Shown piece by piece: positions 59,289-64,000 of a DNA stretch of 64,000 nucleotides; the first letter of the stretch is position 1; each line of letters begins with the position of its first letter. The position numbers and the translations under genes are program-made. The DNA is taken from NCBI GenBank assembly GCA_963846575.1, contig CAWJWJ010000002.1:1536001-1600000 (forward strand). The letters are read 5' to 3'. Below the pieces are notes generated by a model. The model was not told the origin of the DNA and did not search any database. It worked only from the letters and a program-made list of their open reading frames with translations. The stretch is from an uncultured Nitrospiraceae bacterium (GTDB lineage: Bacteria; Nitrospirota; Nitrospiria; Nitrospirales; Nitrospiraceae).

Positions 59289-61883
59289 TTAGGGCGTGAC
59301 CGTGGGAACGATCACGATCTGTCCGTCCTTCAGATCGACCATGGCGGTATCTCCGTCCCGCAGTTCGCCCTTGATCAACTGACGCGCCATGGGAGTTTCG
59401 ATTTCCTGTTGAATCAGTCTTTTAAGCGGACGGGCTCCATACACAGGATCATACCCACGCTGCCCGAGATTCGCTAAGGCGTCCGGGCTCACGGTCAGTC
59501 TCATCCGTCGCTCCAGCAACCGGGCGCGCAACCGCTCCAGCTGAATTTCCACAATTCGCGACAGGTGCTCGTTCCCCAGGGCGTGGAAGACCACGATTTC
59601 ATCGACCCGATTCAAAAATTCCGGCCTGAAGTGAGACCGCAACTCGCCGGTGACCTGCGCCTTCATGGTTTCGTAGGTGGCGCCGGCCTGTTGAGCTTCG
59701 AGGATGTGCTGGCTACCGATATTTGAAGTCATGATCAGGACGGTGTTTTTGAAATCCACGGTGCGCCCCTGAGAATCGGTCAGCCGCCCATCGTCGAGGA
59801 CCTGCAACAAAATATTGAACACATCGTGATGCGCCTTTTCGATTTCATCAAACAGGATGACAGAGAACGGGTGTCGGCGCACCGCTTCGGTGAGCTGTCC
59901 GCCCTCTTCATATCCCACATAGCCGGGAGGTGCCCCGATCAGCCGCGCGACGGTGTGTTTTTCCATGTATTCAGACATGTCGATACGGATGAGGTTGGAT
60001 TCGTCGTCAAACAGCGTCGCGGCGAGCGCACGAGCCAGCTCAGTCTTTCCTACACCCGTCGGCCCGAGAAAGAGGAATGACCCGATCGGGCGATTGGGAT
60101 CCTTGATGCCGGATCGAGCCCGCAAGACCGCGTCAGCCACCGCGGTAACCGCTTGTTCCTGGCCCACGACGCGGGTGTGCAGAAGTTCATCTAACTTCAA
60201 GAGTCTCTCCTGTTCGCCTTCGACCAAGCGAGTGACCGGGATGCCCGTCCACCGGCTCACGACCGCAGCAATGTCCTCTTCGTCGACTTCTTCTTTCAGG
60301 AGCCGCGTCTCATTTTGCTTTTTACCGAGTGATTGCTGTTCCAGGCCCAGCTCCCGTTCGAGTCGCGGAAGCTCTCCGTACCGCAATTCAGCAACTTTAT
60401 TCAGGTCATAGGCTCGTTCAGACCGCTCGATCGTCTGTTTGACTTCCTCGATTTGCTGGCGGATTTTCCTGAGCTTGCTCACCGAGTTTTTCTCGGATTC
60501 CCACCGCGCCTTCAAAGCTCCGAGGTCGCGGTTCTTGTCGGTCAATTCATTTTCGATGGTCTGGAGCCGTGCTTTGCTGCCGGCGTCGGTTTCCTTCTTG
60601 AGCGCTTCCCTCTCGATTTCCAGTTGCAGCACTTTCCGCGACACTTCGTCCAACTCGGCCGGTAAACTGTCGATTTCGGTGCGGAGCCGCGCGGCCGACT
60701 CGTCAACCAGATCAATCGCCTTGTCCGGCAGAAACCGATCCCCGATGTACCGGTTCGAAAGTTTCGCCGCCGCAACCAGAGCGGCGTCCTTGATGCGTAC
60801 TCCATGATGGACCTCATAACGTTCCTTCAGGCCGCGCAAGATCGAAATGGTGTCCTCCACGCTCGGCTGATCGACTAAAACCGTTTGAAAGCGACGTTCG
60901 AGTGCGGCATCTTTTTCGATATGTTTTCGATACTCGTCGAGGGTAGTGGCACCTATCAGATGCATTTCGCCTCTGGCCAACATCGGTTTGAGCAGATTGG
61001 CGGCATCCATCGCACCTTCGGCTGCCCCGGCGCCCACGACCGTATGCAATTCGTCGATGAACAGCAGCACCTGCCCCTGTGCGGCTTGGACTTCTTTTAA
61101 GACCGCTTTCAAACGCTCCTCGAATTCCCCACGAAACTTCGCGCCGGCGACCAGCGCCCCCATATCCAGGACGACGACACGTTTCTGCTTCAAGCCTTCC
61201 GGCACGTCTCCCTTCACGATGCGTTGCGCGAGACCTTCTACAATGGCCGTCTTACCGACCCCGGGTTCACCAATGAGCACCGGATTGTTTTTCGTTCGTC
61301 GGGAAAGAATCTGGATGGTGCGACGGATCTCCTCGTCCCGACCGATGACGGGATCCAATTTCCCCTGTCCGGCCAGTTTGGTCAGATCCCGACCGTATTT
61401 TTCCAGCGCTTGATATGTGCCCTCCGGATCCTGGCTGGTGACTCGCTGGTGACCCCGTACCTGTTGCAATGCCGTGAGCAGGCGATCACGCGTGAGGTTC
61501 AACCGCCGCAAAACACCGCCTTCCTCCACCATAGCCAGGACAACGTGTTCAACGCTGACGAACTCGTCGCGCAATTCCTTCATTTGGTCTTCGGCTTTCG
61601 TCAAGAGGGAGCCCAGACGCGGAGTCAGATGAATTTGCCCCGGCGCCGCGCCCGGACCTTGCACTTGAGCCAGTTTGGACAGGGCCTGGTCTGCGGCTTG
61701 ACGTACCGCGGCAGGAGACACTCCCGCTTGTTCAAATAAGGATCCCGCAATGCCTCGCTCTTGCTCCAAAAGCGCCAGGAGCAGATGCTCGACATCAATG
61801 CCCTGGTGCCCCCGGCGCATGGCGATGGCTGATGCGCTCTGCAGCGCCTCCTGAAGTTTGACGGTCATGCGGTTCATATCCAT
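59289..61883 (-). CDS. clpB: ATP-dependent chaperone ClpB
   Basis: Two AAA+ domains ([16 protein letters not shown]), coiled-coil M domain, GYVG pore loop, YGARPL. Confidence 0.98.
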   Translation of the reverse strand: MDMNRMTVKLQEALQSASAIAMRRGHQGIDVEHLLLALLEQERGIAGSLFEQAGVSPAAVRQAADQALSKLAQVQGPGAAPGQIHLTPRLGSLLTKAEDQMKELRDEFVSVEHVVLAMVEEGGVLRRLNLTRDRLLTALQQVRGHQRVTSQDPEGTYQALEKYGRDLTKLAGQGKLDPVIGRDEEIRRTIQILSRRTKNNPVLIGEPGVGKTAIVEGLAQRIVKGDVPEGLKQKRVVVLDMGALVAGAKFRGEFEERLKAVLKEVQAAQGQVLLFIDELHTVVGAGAAEGAMDAANLLKPMLARGEMHLIGATTLDEYRKHIEKDAALERRFQTVLVDQPSVEDTISILRGLKERYEVHHGVRIKDAALVAAAKLSNRYIGDRFLPDKAIDLVDESAARLRTEIDSLPAELDEVSRKVLQLEIEREALKKETDAGSKARLQTIENELTDKNRDLGALKARWESEKNSVSKLRKIRQQIEEVKQTIERSERAYDLNKVAELRYGELPRLERELGLEQQSLGKKQNETRLLKEEVDEEDIAAVVSRWTGIPVTRLVEGEQERLLKLDELLHTRVVGQEQAVTAVADAVLRARSGIKDPNRPIGSFLFLGPTGVGKTELARALAATLFDDESNLIRIDMSEYMEKHTVARLIGAPPGYVGYEEGGQLTEAVRRHPFSVILFDEIEKAHHDVFNILLQVLDDGRLTDSQGRTVDFKNTVLIMTSNIGSQHILEAQQAGATYETMKAQVTGELRSHFRPEFLNRVDEIVVFHALGNEHLSRIVEIQLERLRARLLERRMRLTVSPDALANLGQRGYDPVYGARPLKRLIQQEIETPMARQLIKGELRDGDTAMVDLKDGQIVIVPTVTP

Positions 61884-62113
61884 ATCGCGTACTCCTGGGT
61901 GTGTCTCTCGACATGAAGGAACATAATCATATTGGCTCCCAAGTCAAGACTGTTCATGGCGTGGCGCGGGACCGACTGATCCTGAAATAAGCTTCCATCC
62001 TGGCTTGACCACCTGGGGTATTCCAGCTTATGGTCCGCCTCCGAATGACTCCAGTGCGGTAAGGAACGGGCCAGCTTGCCGTTGGTAGGTGGTCCCTTGT
62101 ACAACCATTGTCT

Positions 62114-62929
62114 ATGTCGCTGCTCACTTCCACACTCCACCTGTATCGCGACGCATTACGCGCGACCGGCCGATCCTTTGTCCGTGGATGGTTGGTCATA
62201 CTCGCTGTCATCGCCTTCACGCTCATCATGTGGTTTGCCGGGACTGTTGCCAGACCCCTGGGGATGCTCGGTGGCTTTATTATGGGGGCCGTCAACGCAC
62301 TCCTCATCGGCGCAACGCTCAGTCTGGTCCAGCAAGCCATCCAGGGCATGCGGGGTGTCTCCTTCCGGGATGTGTTGGACAGTATGGGGCATTATTTCTG
62401 GGACGTGATCAGTGTAGGCTTTATCCTGTGGATTCCAACCATGGTTCTGGATATGAGTCTGCGCGCGAATCCAGACAGTCAATTGCTGGTCACCGCCTGT
62501 TTGTTACTGGTCTTTATCCTGCTCAATCCCGCGCCGGAGGTGATCTACCTGACCCGGCATGACTCGCCACTCGACGTGCTCAAACGGAGTTACGATTTCG
62601 TGCTCGAAAACTGGATCGAATGGTTCCTTCCCATGGCGCTGGTGCTCGCCCCATTAGGACTCTCGTTGTTTTTTCAATTGTCGAGTCGGTTGGGGAGGGG
62701 CGCAGGACTCGATTTCATCCAGTTGCTCCTGGTGCCCTTCACGGTGCTGACTGCGTGGCTGACCGATCTCGGAATTTCTGCGGAGCTCACAGGCAGCATG
62801 GCGCTGTTACTGACGCCGCCGCTCACCGTTGGGATGCTCCTGTTTCGCGGCCATCTATTCGCGGCGTTGTCCGCCTCATCCCGGCGGCAGCGTCTATATC
62901 AGTCACAATTCCATGATTCCTCCCGCTAA
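62114..62929 (+). CDS. Hypothetical polytopic membrane protein
   Basis: About six TM segments; NPAPEVIY, F..ENWIEW. Confidence 0.7.
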   Translation: MSLLTSTLHLYRDALRATGRSFVRGWLVILAVIAFTLIMWFAGTVARPLGMLGGFIMGAVNALLIGATLSLVQQAIQGMRGVSFRDVLDSMGHYFWDVISVGFILWIPTMVLDMSLRANPDSQLLVTACLLLVFILLNPAPEVIYLTRHDSPLDVLKRSYDFVLENWIEWFLPMALVLAPLGLSLFFQLSSRLGRGAGLDFIQLLLVPFTVLTAWLTDLGISAELTGSMALLLTPPLTVGMLLFRGHLFAALSASSRRQRLYQSQFHDSSR

Positions 62930-63079
62930 TTATCCTTTCATCTGGTTCAACCAGCCGCTCCGCTCCTCAGCACAAACATGAGAACTTGTTGAGGGTGGGC
63001 AGGAAGTGGTGTATGGCTTAACCTACACAGCCTGCACTCGGATGCTCGCGCCTTTCATCAACAGGGAGGATGCGCGATC

Positions 63080-64000
63080 GTGCGTCTCTCCATTTTCTGG
63101 CGACTGGTCCTGACCTATCTGGTCATCATTGCGGTGATGACTGCCGTCAATCTTTATGCCTTGTTGCAGATTCGAACACTCGCCGGACTCAATACAGAGA
63201 TCGGGTCCCATCACCAGACAGAGATTGAGTCGGCGAAGCGGCTGCTGACCTCATTTTATGAGCAGATTCAGAGCGAAAAAAAGTATGTGGCCGTGCCTGC
63301 AGCCACGTTTCTGGGACATTTTGACGAGGAAAGTCATGAATTTCAGCAGGTACTAGACGACCTACTCACGCGCGAGAGGGCCGAGCCGGAAACCCGGCTG
63401 CTTCAAGAAGTCGCGCACCTCCAACAGACGCATCTTGCCTTATTTCAGGCGCAGCTTGCGCAGCCGGTCGGATCTCAATCGGAATCTGTGATCGACTACG
63501 ACGAGCGTCGAGATGCTCTGGCCGGCCGTTTATCGTCCACGTTGCGGCAGTACATCGGGTTGCACGAAGCTCGTATTGCAGTCGGGGTGGACGAGTCGCG
63601 AGCCAGTTCCGCTCAAGCAGAATCCGTCACGCGTGAGTTGGTGTTGATTGCACTCGTATTCGGGCTCGGCCTGGCTGCAGTGGCAAGTTACAACATTCTT
63701 CGTCCTCTACGCCGACTACAAGCAGTAATTCAGGAAATGGGGCAGGGCAACTTCCGCGCCTCCCTCGATGGCCAGGCGCCTCGTGAACTTCGCGAGTTGG
63801 GCGAAACCGTGAAGTGGATGGGCACCAGGCTTCAGCAGCTCGACGATATTAAGAGTGAGTTTCTTGCGCATGTCTCACATGAGCTTCGCACACCGATGGC
63901 TTCGATTCAGGAGGGCACGCACCTCCTGCTGGATGAAATCCCTGGCCCCCTGACGCAGGAGCAGCGAACGACATTGCGTATCATGTCGGATAGCAGTCGC
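63080..64000 (+). CDS. HAMP-domain sensor histidine kinase (3' truncated by window edge)
   Basis: GTG start (VRLSIFWRLVLTYLVII), periplasmic domain, TM2, HAMP, KSEFLAHVSHELRTP H-box; absent from ORF track because no stop in window. Confidence 0.88.
   Translation, partial: MRLSIFWRLVLTYLVIIAVMTAVNLYALLQIRTLAGLNTEIGSHHQTEIESAKRLLTSFYEQIQSEKKYVAVPAATFLGHFDEESHEFQQVLDDLLTRERAEPETRLLQEVAHLQQTHLALFQAQLAQPVGSQSESVIDYDERRDALAGRLSSTLRQYIGLHEARIAVGVDESRASSAQAESVTRELVLIALVFGLGLAAVASYNILRPLRRLQAVIQEMGQGNFRASLDGQAPRELRELGETVKWMGTRLQQLDDIKSEFLAHVSHELRTPMASIQEGTHLLLDEIPGPLTQEQRTTLRIMSDSSR

Noticed and set aside
61884..62110. CIRCE or HAIR heat-shock operator upstream of clpB
   Set aside because: Neither TTAGCACTC-N9-GAGTGCTAA nor CTTGAGT-N7-ACTCAAG found; only a TTGACT-type -35 element
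1..64000. CRISPR array, IS element, integrase or prophage genes
   Set aside because: No regularly spaced repeats and no transposase, integrase or phage motifs seen in any frame

Overview
Gene-dense, moderately GC-rich bacterial chromosomal segment, most consistent with a Nitrospira-like (Nitrospirota) genome. This is inferred from the archaeal-type topoisomerase VI, multiple stand-alone PilZ proteins, cupredoxin-like lipoproteins and AddAB. Recognisable genes: large catalase (katE) with a hemerythrin and YihY, top6B/top6A, DUF1800/DUF1501, yacG, NlpC/P60 lipoprotein, pgm, addB/addA, lgt, tRNA-Leu(TAA), glgX, comM/yifB, clpB and a partial HAMP sensor kinase. An unannotated 6S-RNA-like hairpin lies upstream of top6B. 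Downstream of the tRNA (about 33.8-52.3 kb) is an accessory-looking region with long intergenic gaps, a GT-C/GT2 pair and a signalling module (MEDS, MEDS <> MetOD1, hybrid PAS kinase, HisKA_3 pseudo-kinase). The best leads are: (i) this archaeal-flavoured phosphorelay ending in an ATP-site-dead kinase that keeps its His; (ii) a beta-clamp-like motif (QQDLF) in the disordered tail of the bacterial Top6B; (iii) a recurring intergenic palindrome CTAGG-N6-CCTAG; (iv) an operon of a BamE-like gene and three paralogous lipoproteins; (v) a secreted 10-Cys mini-domain protein. No CRISPR array, integrase or transposase was seen. All family calls are by-eye motif recognition, without database searches.
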